Source: Bugula neritina (Eukaryota > Animalia > Bryozoa). From it: a stretch of 64,000 nt of DNA. Made by a program: the position numbers and the translations under genes. This document shows, piece by piece, positions 26,401 to 49,619 of this stretch. The stretch spans positions 27,031,504-27,095,503 of the forward strand of contig OZ037765.1 of assembly GCA_964035545.1 (NCBI GenBank). Direction: 5' to 3'. Within the stretch, counting starts at the first letter, position 1. Each line of letters begins with the position of its first letter. The notes below the pieces were generated by a model. That model did not search any database. It was not told the DNA's origin and saw only the letters and a list, made by a program, of their open reading frames with translations.

Positions 26401-27332
26401 GGCTGTCCGGCTCACCGGGACAAATCCTGTTACAAATGCCACAGGTAAATAAACCTGCTTATCATTTAACTTATCTGTTGAATTGTAATGTGATTCTACA
26501 TGCGTATGATTTTCTTTGTAATAAGCCATAAGTGAAATTATCAACATTTTGGTGAATGCTATTTGAAAATAAGCAAGATTTTTATTGGAATAAGTATATT
26601 TAGAAGTTATCGTCCCCATTTTCAGGCCGTTCACTTGTAGCAAAAGGTACGACAATTACTAATAAGACAATACTGCTCTCTTGTAGGCATCTAATATTGT
26701 GTCGCGTCACTCTCGGGAAGTCTTTCTTGGTGTTTAGTGCAATAAAGATGGCGCATGCTCCGCCAGGCCACCACTCTGTCACCGGACGACCTAGTGTGGG
26801 GGGTCTTGCATACGCCGAGTATGTGGTGTACAGAGGAGAGCAGGTTCGCACTGTGTGATACGTATATGCATGTTTGTGGTGTTGATGTAGTATTTTGTGA
26901 TTTATACACAGTATGTACAGTGTTGGTTGTTTCATGTGTTGTTGTTTGTAGAAAAGCTAAATGTGACCCAGGCAGTCAGAAAAGCACTTTGTGACAAAAT
27001 TCACATTTTCAGTTAATGCTTGATTCTTATTTGCCTCTTTATACTGATTGATTTGCACTTAAAATTTTTGAAATCGGACCACTATTATAATAGTAGTCCG
27101 ATTTCAAAAATTTAAACTGCAAATCAATCAGTATAAAGAGGCAAATAAGAATCAAGCATTAACTGAAAATGTGAATTTTGTCACAAAGTGCTTTTCTGAC
27201 TGCCTGGGTCACAAATTTTACTTTTATAATACTTTTCTGCTACAGGCATATCCAGAATATTTGATAACCTACCAAATCATGAAGCCAGATATAGATGAGA
27301 AGACGGAAGGCGCAGCTGCTATGGTGCCATGA
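14482..27332 (+). CDS. TNKS: Tankyrase poly(ADP-ribose) polymerase (ankyrin repeat clusters, SAM, PARP), ~1181 aa
   Basis: 22 phase-consistent exons: 14482-14674, 17430-17654, 17864-17959, 18173-18380, 18537-18681, 18912-19148, 19317-19411, 19705-19880, 20020-20174, 21080-21231, 22795-22960, 23101-23289, 23599-23739, 23823-23945, 24189-24361, 24496-24667, 24815-25001, 25627-25802, 26048-26231, 26336-26444, 26687-26843, 27246-27332 (3546 nt). Shows [12 protein letters not shown] and [14 protein letters not shown] ankyrin motifs, SAM ([15 protein letters not shown]), catalytic FHGS / [14 protein letters not shown] / YAEYV, and the Zn motif [12 protein letters not shown]. Confidence 0.98.
14820..15560. 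repeat. Degenerate hexamer-periodic tract at the start of tankyrase intron 1
   Basis: actattagtatcagtatgattatcggtatgactatgagcatcagtatgag and similar runs. Gives rise to the spurious I/T/N/S-rich ORF 15256-15555. Confidence 0.75.
16457..16554. repeat. 49-bp tandem duplication (2 copies, 1 mismatch)
   Basis: gctgaattagaaaagtccttaagctatgtttttcta[a/c]gtatagtttaaa starts at 16457 and again at 16506. Confidence 0.95.
26962..27213. repeat. 252-bp near-perfect palindrome (126-bp arms, no spacer) in the last tankyrase intron
   Basis: tgtgacccaggcagtcagaaaagcac... pairs with ...gtgcttttctgactgcctgggtcaca. Centre is actattataatagt at 27087/27088, with about 3 mismatches near the centre. Confidence 0.97.
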
Positions 27333-30300
27333 TAGTTGAGTAGTGGAAGAGTGGGTAGTTGGCCGTGCTGTCAGCCTGTCCTAGCCCAGCTCTGGTACGG
27401 CAGCTACCCCCATGACCAGGCCTAGTCAGATAGAAGTCATGTAATGACTGTATATATAATACATGTAACCTTTGGCTAGTACATGTGCATGAAATGATAA
27501 GAGTTATTAGTAAATAACTGAGTAGATGGATTTGTTTTACATAATTTATTCTAGTGCTTAGACAAAGCGGCTCTTTGTGTAACTCTGACATTAGTTGAAG
27601 GCTATGAGTATACATTTGTCTTCCCATGGTTCATACTTTGTCACTGAAAGTCAACTCTCTCAATATTGAATAGTCATAGTAGATTCAGTTATGTAACGTT
27701 TTAGTAATAAGAGATTTTGTACTAGGTCCATTTTTCCTGCCTGTGTCAACTAATTGTTGACATTGACAATGCATTTCTGGTAGGTTGCCTTTCAAAAGGT
27801 TGCATCTTCAGAGTATTAAGTATCACAAATGTCATATTTTTCTTTGCAATCGTAACCCTTTGGTAAAAAGAGCATGCAAGCATGCGTGCCCATTTTTCTA
27901 TGTGTGACTGGTAAATTACCTGTGGTTTCACAGGACTCATTAGATGTGCTAATATTGCCCTCCCTGCACTGGTTTCCATGTCGAGTAACTAGAATTATTC
28001 AGTGATTAATATTAGAATATTTGATGAGTGTTGCTCTATGAATTCTATAAACCTATACCTACCATTCTATTCACATTAATACCATTAAGTTATTATTATT
28101 CTTATTCTGAATTTCCTGTGCATGACATAAGATCTGTGAGATCTAACATTAGTATTTATCATAGTTGTTGATCAGTGTATTGAAATATTCTAAAATGGTG
28201 CAATAAGAATGACTGTGTATCGTATTAATTAGTATATATCTTTATTTTATCTCAACTTGGTAACAACTGAGTTGTCTTCTATTTTTACTGGTTGACAGAA
28301 ACCAAGTATTTTACAGATACTGCATTCAATGTCAGATTATAATGTTTGGTTAATGTGTCATTATGCTTACTTTGTGGAGTTAATAAAATGCTTACACCTA
28401 CTATATTCATCTTTCTTTTGTTGGTAAATAAGAAGATATTGAATCAGATGCAACTTATCTCAACTGCATGAGCTTGTAGTGGAAGAGGGGAAGCAGCTTA
28501 GAAACTACAAATAACTACCTAAAATCCATATTAGCCCTTATTGGTACCAGATATTTCCTAAGTTGATGGTAAATGTTTACTTGGAAAGGAACTGTTTGCA
28601 GATGTGTTTTCTGTTATGCTGAGTGGTTAGGTACCAACTAATAAATAAAATATTCTGCTAATGCATCTGTTGGGTTAATTAGCCAGTAGATAGCTGCTGC
28701 TAAACCTGACTCTGGTAATCTATGGATGTTTATCTGGCAGCTTACGGTTGCCTTATCATAATTTATGGCTCACTTTTCACCAGCTCAGATATAAAATTGC
28801 ATAATCATCTTCGAATGTATCTACTGAATGGTTGCACAGAGTTAACCACTAGAAACCTTCCACACAACTTGGCACTCCATTTTGTTGCTGTGCAGGGAGT
28901 AAAGACGTATTAGGAACGGGTTGTGAAACCATCTACAATAAAATCGAGGGTAGGGAGGAGTGGATGCTCTCGCTGGCTATTTACTTTAACTTAAGAGATA
29001 AGCCGCGCAGATTGCTGTTGGAGTAATAACTGGGGTACATACCCTGGGAGTTTTTAAGCCACAAAATGATTGCTGTGAACCTCTACAACAGTTACCCTTT
29101 TGAAATGGTAATTGTGTCAAAACCAAACATAATTGTATGAAAACTTAGATAACTGGCATAAAGCTTAGAAATCAGACATAATTCCAGGGTCCCAGTGCCA
29201 TTCTTGATATTTACTAGTGTAATAATTGATCTTTGGAACTATAGCACCAATTTTCATGAGTTGCAAAATATATTATTCTCTGCTAGAAAGTATTGCTATT
29301 TAAAGATGAGAAATCATGCACTCAATGTAAGCTTTTATATATTAAATTTAGGAAATTCTTGCTCATCTAACCAAGAAGAATGTACACAAACAATATAAAC
29401 ATATTAACTGCATTTGGCCAAAGTAGTTCAGTGTTATAATACTGGAATATTTTAATCCTGCCTGGAATTTGAATGCATACTTCGTGCATTCTCCATGCAT
29501 GAAAACTTCTTCTTCGTCTTTTACCTCAAAATTCAGATTAACTGTTGAATTTTCAAATTTAAGCTTCACTTATTCTTATAGCTGTATTGAGAGTGTCATT
29601 AATATTTCTGCCTAAGGCTTGCCATCTACTCATTCACTCTATTGAAAAATTAAACAATGTTTTAATCAGAAAGCTGACACTCAAACTTATGCATCATAAA
29701 AACCTGCTCTGCTAACTTAAATTTCAATATTATCTTTTGTTATGGCATAACATGTTTATCATTGCATATGTTGGCGGCAACAGCAGCATCTGAAATAGTC
29801 AAAGTTAGTTGTAAAAATAAGCATTGAAGCTGTCAGGGTGCTGCCACTGCTATAGCCAAGTTTGTTTTAGTTAATTGCATGTGGCTTACACATCAAAGAT
29901 GTCCAGCACTTTAGAGTTATTTGAAGTTCTCATATATATCTCTTTCTGCTAAGTTTTATGGTTTGCATACGCACCAACTTCTAGCAGCTAGTGCTCATAG
30001 TTTAAAAGCTTTTAGCAACACCAGTCTATTCAGCGTTATTCTATCACAGGACTGGCACAGTTCATAGGTTAAAATTGGTTAATTAAGTTCGAGCATCAGC
30101 CCAGTACTTGTAAGCTTGTTTTTTAGTGAGGCTACATTATGGAATATTCTCTTTCATATAATAAAAACAAAACAAATAATAGTAAAAAAACTGAAAATAC
30201 AAAAAAGTTGCAAACTATATTCCTACCACAACTGAATTGAACACTTTGCGATTGTTTAGCTTAACTTTCAAAAACAGTTGTCAAAGCTGCAGCTATTTAA

Positions 30301-32184
30301 AGCATAATATGTCTATGAAAAGTTTTATAAATGTTAAAGACTCTCATACTTTATAGAGGTAAATGTAAAACATTGTTTCTTTTGAAAAAGTTCCTTTTTT
30401 ACAAATGATTGTAGCGAAGGGAGTTGTTTGCCCACTCAGTAAAGTAACTGAGCCTGGAACCAAAACTCTAATGTTGAAATCTCAATGCAACAAAAAATGG
30501 AATCTTTACTCATAGCGGTCTTTTTGATTTGCAGCTTCAGTTTTTCTTGATTCATGAATACAGCAGGTACTTGCACCCACTGCAGTGTGCCAGTCACGTG
30601 ATGTAATGGCAGGACTTGTATGCTCATTCACACCTTGCAGGTGGTGAACACTTCTCAATACAATTAACTATAAATTATAATATTTGCATTCGAAATAACC
30701 ATGATTTACCTGATAGGTTATTATGTAATATGCAGTGAATTTAAATATCAATAGCAACAATACAATTGAAGACTGTTGAAGTGGACAAAAATATCATTTT
30801 TTTAGAAGTTTAAAGTGATAGTGTCACACAATGTTACATAGTCTTTTTATTCTAAACATGCAAAGTTGACCTTTTTGAAAGAGTGATAGAAACTTGGTTC
30901 AGTCTTGCTAATAGTACTGTAGTTGAGTTACTAGTTCAGTTTCTCAGGTATAATGATTCCTAATCATCAATAGGCCTATAGAGTCAGTGAGTACACTAAC
31001 GTCCTGCAATGGTTAACAGTTTTCTCAACAAGCAAGGTGATGGCAGCCATTGTTGTGGAAGACACCTGATTTTTAAAATTCCTAAACATCTGTTGATAGT
31101 ATAACTGTACAACAACTGAAGAGACAATAGGATCTATCTAGGCATATGCTGTAGAATAAACAACAGCCTCTGATTTATACAGCTTCACAAGCCAAAGTCA
31201 CCATCAAGGATTGTTTGTATTATCAGCACAAAGCAAAACTTTGTTGTTTAAGCATTTTAATAAATGCCTAATTGTATTAGTTTTAATTAGGAGACAAACA
31301 GAACCCTGTGTGCTTTCCATAAAGTGAGTGAGTACACAGTGGATGTACATTCTAATAGCTGTGTGTTTATCAAGGCCAGTCACTGGCTTCTAACTAAATG
31401 GGTTCTTAATATTTGCATTAAATATGTGCAGCAGCACTATGACTACCCTGAGTGTCTACTGCAGCCAGTAGCTGTGGCAGTAGAGGACAGCATGTTCTGT
31501 AAAATGGCTAAATAAACTAATACCTTTTTTTTCTCTGAATAATAAGAAACCAGAGTTTGTAAATCACTGATAGAATGTGTAAAGTGTCCTCCTCAATTAC
31601 AATATAGGTGCTATGACACCCTTAAAAATGCTAAATTTTACAGCACGATAAACCCTCTAAAACCATAATAATTCTTTCGTTTTTTCAAGCCCTGTCTAAT
31701 AATGAAACTCTCACTTTGATGATAAAACCCAAAAGGCAGTCATTAGATCCTCATGCAATGTACTTGCTCTCTAAGACACTAACATAACTTTTGTGTTGGT
31801 CATCTATAAGATTTTCCACAAAAAGGTACTAAAACTAGGTGACAACATTAATGCAACTGTTTAGCAGGAACAAATCTATTTATAAACAAAGCAAGTCTGT
31901 TATTAATTTTAGAAAGATTTTTTCCTTGAATGGGTGAGTGAATAGAAGGGAAAAGCTGACTTCCTTTCACAAACCTGCATTCTATTAGAATCACCTACTC
32001 TATGTGTAGAGTATTTGACGTAGCATAAGTCACATGTTTGTGTTTCAGTCAAGACTGTCAAATGTTTATACATGTTATAAACTTTTTTGTATGACAAATT
32101 GTGTTCACTTTTTATGGTTTTGCAATATAATATTAGTGTAGCTTGCAGTACAGCACAGTGTCATGTACTGCAATATAACATAAA

Positions 32185-32815
32185 ACAATGCAATGCAGTG
32201 AAGTGTAGTGTAGTGTATAGTACAGTATAGTGCAGTGTAGTACAGTACAGTGCAGTGTAGTATAGTGCAGTGTAGTACAGTGGAGTGCAGTGCAGTACAG
32301 TGCAGTACAGTGCAGTATAGTGCAGTGCAGTGCGATGTAGTGTGGCATAATGAGGTGTAGTATTTAGTGTAGTGAAGTGTAGTGTAGAGCAGTGAAGTGT
32401 AGTGTAGAGCAGTGAAGTGTAGTGTAGAGCAGTGAAGTGTAGTGTAGAGCAGTGAAGTGTAGTGTAGAGCAGTGAAGTGTAGTGTAGAGCAGTGAAGTGC
32501 AGTGTAGAGCAGTGAAGTGCAGTGTAGAGCAGTGAAGTGCAGTGCAGAGCAGTGAAGTGCAGTGCAGAGCAGTGAAGTGCAGTGTAGAGCAGTGAAGTGC
32601 AGTGTAGAGCAGTGAAGTGCAGTGCAGAGCAGTGAAGTGCAGTGCAGAGCAGTGAAGTGCAGTGCAGTGCAGTGCAGTGCAGTGCAGTGCAGTGCAGTGC
32701 AGTGCAGTGCAGTGCAGTGCAGTGCAGTGTAGCGTAGCGAATTGTAGTGTAGTGTAGTATAATGTATAGTAAAACTTAGTGCAGTGCAGTGTAGCATGGT
32801 GCTCTGTAGTGTAGA
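32185..32815. repeat. Pentamer satellite (AGTGY/AGTAY) with a 20-bp higher-order repeat
   Basis: 14 copies of AGTGAAGTGYAGTGYAGAGC at 32371-32650, then pure (AGTGC)n to ~32725, with degenerate flanks. Confidence 0.97.
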
Positions 32816-35800
32816 GTATAAAGTCTAATAAAATTACTCAACTAGATTTTTCAAATCACTTTAAATTCTTGTCTCTGTTTATTGAGTTTAGCAGACTCTG
32901 TGCTGTTTTGATTTTTTGTGTTTATTTATCATTTAGTAGACTTGTATCCTGTAAATTTAAAGACAGAATTGTCTTGTTAGGAGGTCTACACATGTTCTCA
33001 ACGCACCAGATAAAGGAGTATATTGTAGGAACTGTGTGAAGGCAGAGCTTCAAATACATAATTGATTGTAATTTGAAGATACACGTGCATTAATAAACAT
33101 TAAAAGGCTTAATGCGTGGTGTGCTGTCAGGTAGGTTTTTGGTATAAAGAAAGTGTGGCAGCCATATGGAGAATACATCACAGCCACCAGCTTCTCTTTG
33201 TGCCTTAATCAATCACATCTGGACAATCGTGGGCCTTCTGCATGTTTAATATTAGTTATAATCAAATAAAACAGTGTCCTGTCTAAACAACGCATCTTTC
33301 ACTCATCCTGAGAGATCAAGCTGTGAGGTTCCTGTTGGTAGTCGCATCTTCCTGCTTTCACTAATATACTCGGCAAACAGAAATATCCTTCATACAACTG
33401 GCTAGACAGTATTGTAGCTTAAAGACCCAAAACAATATGTTAGTATGTATATAGCAAGGGCCAAACATTTATTTACTGTATTTCTATTGCACTTCCTTAT
33501 ATTATTATGTCTCTTGGTGTTCACAGTTTAGATTTTAGAGTAACTATGCTGATTTTAAATTGATGCTAGAATAAGGTCTTTTCTAGAAATGCCAAACTTA
33601 TGTAAACACTACATCTATTTACTAACAAATGATTCACCAGTGAAATACTGATTTTATATTTGATATTTATAGTCATCTGTAGTACTATTCCTTTAAGTAT
33701 ACCACGCATAAACCTTGATGCATGTGTAGGCCTACTGTAAATATATCAGTAGGAATATGCTATAGCTACCACCATTACACTATAATTTCATTATTTTTTT
33801 CCAGCCGGCCTGTTGTATGGAAATTTGGTGAGTCACCTGCAGAAATCCCTCCCTGACCCATAATTGAACTTTGTTCCTAAAAACAGCAATCTAGTTTTTG
33901 AATGTCAAGTAGTTGCTCCCAAAAAGAATGAAAAATCGTTTTCTGAAGAATTACGACATTATTAAATGTGGTTTATACATTTGTTTTGAATAGAGTCAAC
34001 AATATACCACATATATGACTATAACAGACCTCACAGTTATTAGCAACTATTTTTACGATCAATCTATTTGCCATTTTTATATCATTTTACCAAAGTTGAA
34101 CCTCATAAATCTCCAACAATGGCAGCCTCCCTGGATATTTTTATTGACATACCAAAACCGCCAAAATGGTTTTGAACTGTTTTGAAAAGGAAAAAAATGT
34201 CATCCTCCACCCGCTCAATAGCTCAACCAGGATAAATTTCAACAACTCTCAAATGATCAACTTCAAAGAAAAACTTTTAGGACTGCTTCCTTTCTACTTT
34301 CTACTTGTAAGTTCCAAATAATAAACAAAGTATGAGAAATGATAAAGGATAAATTTTCACTAGTTAGGGCAAAGATGTAAAGCTGGGAGTTAGCTGATGA
34401 ACTAGTTCTAGCACAGTCTGGTAGCATATACAGCTGTCGGAGTATAAAATAATGCAACCTTGCTCCAAATTCAAACACCAAATTACAAATATTAAAACTG
34501 AGTTCAGCAAAAATCTGCACCTCTGCACCTAATAGTAAACTTTCACCTCATTTTAGCATTTTAGTTCAGTGTTGAGATATGTTTGCCTCATTTCATGGGC
34601 AGACAATGTTTTAAGCTACAAAATTTCATCAGATGGAACTACATTAATTGTGCAGATGAAAAGAGAGATTTTAAATTCTACTACTGCTATGAAAAGTCCA
34701 CGGCAATGTTTATAGAGTATTTATATAATTCATTTCATGAATTATATGGAAGAAAGGAAATCTAATTGTAAATCTTACTGAATTTAAATATTGTGGTTTA
34801 TTCATGGGTTTCTTTTGCCTGGTTACTGTACGCACTCGCCATCCGGAGAGAAATTCAACTGCTGCTACATAATATAACAACCTATAGTAGCTCTAAGTAC
34901 ATGTCAGCCACTGACATATTTACTTTACCCAGTATCCCAGAGACCAATGGATTACAGGAAATAACTTGACTGTTATTCTTCAACAAATTAGTGATTTCTA
35001 GTGAATTCCAATGCATAGCCACACATACTTATATTACCAAAGTAATTGTGTTTGAACAGTTTTCCAATCTAAAGCAGAGGCAAGCTTTCTTACTGTTTCG
35101 CAATCTGGTTTATTGCTGTGATTCAGGGAAATTCGGAGTGTGTTGTTTGTGAAGATAGATAGAAGTCGCCAGTTGTTTGACCCTCCAAGTACACAACAGT
35201 GTTATCACCAGCATACACAAAGGCCAGTTATCTGCATTACTACAGTTTGCATTTGATGATGCGTAATAATTTAGTGTTAGGTGCAGAGCCAAGATATTGG
35301 TTTATTAGCAGGTTATGTCATCAATGTCAGATAAGGCAGTGCAGTTTTGACATGAATACAAAGAGCATTAAAATAGACTGACACTGGGTTAGGTCTAGAA
35401 ATGAAAATTCTCCAATACATAATATAACTCAAGTGTGTTTATAAGTTTTGAAGTGCTTAAAAATGGAACAACCCACAAAAAGCAGATGTTGTGTTTCCAC
35501 AACTAATTTCTATCTTATGATATGCATAACTGAACATTTTCATAGAACTGATATTTATTCATAACCATGGAGAAAAAAAATATATAACTTTGAGTATGTA
35601 TAAAACCCACAGCCAATAATAAAAATAAACTTCACATCTAGATTCCAACATAACATAATCTAAGATGATATCTACAGTGAAACTATGTACAAAAACTAAT
35701 AATAACTACCCTGGCAATGATTGCTCAGTAAAGACTAGATATCCTAAATGGGCTCTTCTACTTTGATGAAGTTCTTCACAGTAAGAAGCTGGCCCAGTTT

Positions 35801-36213
35801 AAAAGATTCGACAATCTTACTAATTTGTAATGAGTTAGAAATGTTCAGCACCAAGATGCATATATTATAATATATTGATTTGAGACTAAAAAAATACATT
35901 TTTCAGAAATTGTTTAAAATAATATGTACAATAATATTTGAGTTGTAGTAAGAATTCAATAATACGTGAACACACTTGAAATGACACAATGATAATATAT
36001 ATAAACTTTTAATTATTTACAAGAACAAGTTGTAGGTTAGTATGGATCAAAATGATCGGTAGGTTGCATCTCAAATCTAAAAACTTCTCTTGAACCACAA
36101 TACAAAAATATACAATCCATCATAGAAGTTGAATAATGGGCTGCAGCAGTAGAAGAGGTCTTTGAGGAAATCTTAGCAGCTTCAATTGATTGGTGAGCCA
36201 GAAGTTTGGGGAC

Positions 36214-46859
<10,646 letters not shown>

Positions 46860-48478
46860 ACTGACACTGTCTGCAGGAGATTACTAAAATTAGAATAAAT
46901 TTGGTAAACATAGCTTTACACTAAGCTGTCTTTTGCATTTTCATTTTGTGAAAAAGCCAGCTGTGTTATGATTACTGCAACTAGTACTATATGCAACGTC
47001 AAATGTATATTCATATTGTATAGACATAGTTATCTAAATGTAATCTAAATCTACATTAAAATTACTATCAAAAAATACTTGAAAAAAAACATAGTACATT
47101 TTGAACTTTATTGGAAGTTTGAAAACCTAGAGTATTTATTCAAAGTTAAGCTTGAAATAGAGGTTTTGGAAACGTTAAAACAAAGCAAATATTTATTAAT
47201 AAAGAATATATGTTTTGCAATTAAGCCAGTATAAAATTCTTGCCAGAAACCAACTATTTGTCTTGAATATGCTAAACGCATTGAACACCTAAAATCTTTA
47301 TACTATCATAATCATGCTCTTGTCTATGCTCTTAATCCATGAGCAAGTAATGTGAACACGTTACACTTACTTTATGCTTCTAATAGAAAGGTTTTTCAGT
47401 ATATTTTTATTATTTATTCATACAGTATAAGATTATAAGCTCCCAAACTAAATTCTATTCAGACACAACTAGTAACTTATAATACAACTATAATTAGTAG
47501 CTATAAGACAAACTCTACAGTTTGAACTTATTCAGATTAAAAAGTAGCACAAACTTATATTTTTTAAGTTGTTGAAATATAATAATTATAACAATTAAAA
47601 CTTTAACTTACCTTAAATTATTGATTGTTATATGAAAAAGTGCAGTAAAATAATCCTCTAGACGTATATAAGATTAGTTGCTGATACCATCATAAAGGAA
47701 CCTGCGCCAGCAGTTGTCAAATCAAGAATAAACTGTTTGTTTACCAACAAATCAAATTAACTTGATGATATGAGTGCTGTCACATTTATAAATGGTTGCA
47801 TATTTAACAGTTCACCAATAACGGATAGTAATCTAGGCTCCACCCATTAAAAAAGAGAAGACAACTCAAAATTTAGATTATGCTCAATAATTCAATTTTA
47901 GCTTGCAGCTCGTATACTATATGTATAGTAATTGGGCAAGAAAACACGCATAATATTATTATATAGCTGGTATATACTATATACCATGTGTATGTTTTTG
48001 CACAATTACTATACACTTGCAAGCATATTTTGACAGAGCCTCCAGTGTTATAAACAGAGAAACTCTGAGGCAAGATAATTTTAATGAGAATGTTATACCT
48101 CATTCCATGCCTCCAGAAGATACTTTAAGAAACTTATCATTTTGCCTAAATGACTATTGAGAATATTATATATTTATTTTAATAAATTACTTGTTTGTTT
48201 CAGAACATGACTTCAGTAAATGTAATCAAATCCAATTATAATTAGTACAGATACGACAACAGGTCTAACTAATAAAACTATCAAATATGCTTTGCCATAT
48301 TTTTGCAATTTCATCATATTTTATTGTTATTCAATTAACCAATCGTATATACATTGAAATTACTATTTAAAAAAATTACATTCTAAACAAAAATCAAATA
48401 TTTTGCAGCCATAGAATACAGGAAAACAGCATAACATATTTAAAATATCATGTATGAAAACATGCATTACAATGCCAT

Positions 48479-49024
48479 TCACTCCACAGGGTCATGAACC
48501 AATTCTTGTTTGGATTTATCTGGTACAACAACATTTAGAATCTGGTTGACTAAACGATTACACACAAATATAGCTATAGGCATGCCAATTGCCCCTGGTA
48601 TTCCACTGGGAAATGAAAGAACGTAAGCAAATATGTTTACAATAGGGTTCTCTAAATAATCCTCAATGTCAAAAAACAAAACTGGCTCATATTTATAAAA
48701 CCAAATTAGTAGGAATGATAACACATATACAGCTACTCTACTGATCCAATATGCTTTCATGCGCATCCATGCTTGATTGGATTGCAGGGATTTTAATGTT
48801 TTAGTTTTTGTAGTAATTTTTCTTCCTAGTTTGGCGTGCTTCGCAAACTCATCTACCATGCTAATTTCAGACTGATGTTGTTTCAAATCTTTAATTTCTA
48901 GTCGTAAATCTGATATTTCCTTTATTTTTCCCTTCAGTTTCAGCCATATATTAACACATATGCCAGGAAGAATCTTGGAGCATATTGGTAACAGTATACA
49001 CAATCCTAGAAGTATTGTGATCAT
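48479..49024 (-). CDS. GET1: GET1/WRB tail-anchored protein insertion receptor, 181 aa, intronless CDS
   Basis: N-terminal TM, then a coiled coil with the signature SMVDEFAKHAKLGRKI (human WRB MDEFARYARLERKI), and two further hydrophobic segments ending LSFPSGIPGAIG...VCNRLV. Confidence 0.9.
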   Translation of the reverse strand: MITILLGLCILLPICSKILPGICVNIWLKLKGKIKEISDLRLEIKDLKQHQSEISMVDEFAKHAKLGRKITTKTKTLKSLQSNQAWMRMKAYWISRVAVYVLSFLLIWFYKYEPVLFFDIEDYLENPIVNIFAYVLSFPSGIPGAIGMPIAIFVCNRLVNQILNVVVPDKSKQELVHDPVE

Positions 49025-49619
49025 TGTGAACTACAAAATTAATGCAGATGTAAAGTTGTGTACACATTCACAATCATGATATGATAACTCCAAAGATCTT
49101 ATAATGAAATTTGAACATCTCTGCTCAACTAATTTAGTGCAATACAAATTACTACAGAGTGCAGTGTTTCTTCAGGGCAAGTTTGAATAATATTGGTATC
49201 AAGATCCAACCTGATTAAGTTAAAATCAGAAATATTGAGAGTGGGTATACAGCATAATTCTTTAGGGTGCTCAAAAGCTATCACCATCAACAAAAATTCA
49301 AGAATCACTGTTAAGCGCATAAAATTCTAATTAATTATAATGATATACAGCTGCACAGGGTAAAACATAGATGATAACAAAAATATACCAACTATTTTAA
49401 TGAGAAAACTGCTCAGCAAACATAGTGCTTAATCACTTGAAAAAATTATTTTCCTTCTTGAGCAAACACGCTATAAACATTGTAAACGCATAAAATGTCA
49501 GTGGTTCATGCTGCTACTTTATATATACCCAGTGATAAAATAAAGTAGTAATAATAAAGATTAGCATTACTAAAGTATAAAGTATAAACTACAAATTATG
49601 TCACAAAACAATCTACTAA

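Noticed and set aside
26359-26994. Several antisense or off-frame ORFs over tankyrase exons, with similar ones over FGFR and NT5C2
   Set aside because: Shadows of real coding exons with no independent support.
29363-29569. 68-aa ORF with protein-like composition
   Set aside because: GTG start directly after a stop, no usable splice sites in frame, and no recognisable homology.
32105-32797. 230-aa HCTAL-repeat ORF and the overlapping 71-aa ORF
   Set aside because: Translation of the AGTGY satellite; no splice context or recognisable domain.
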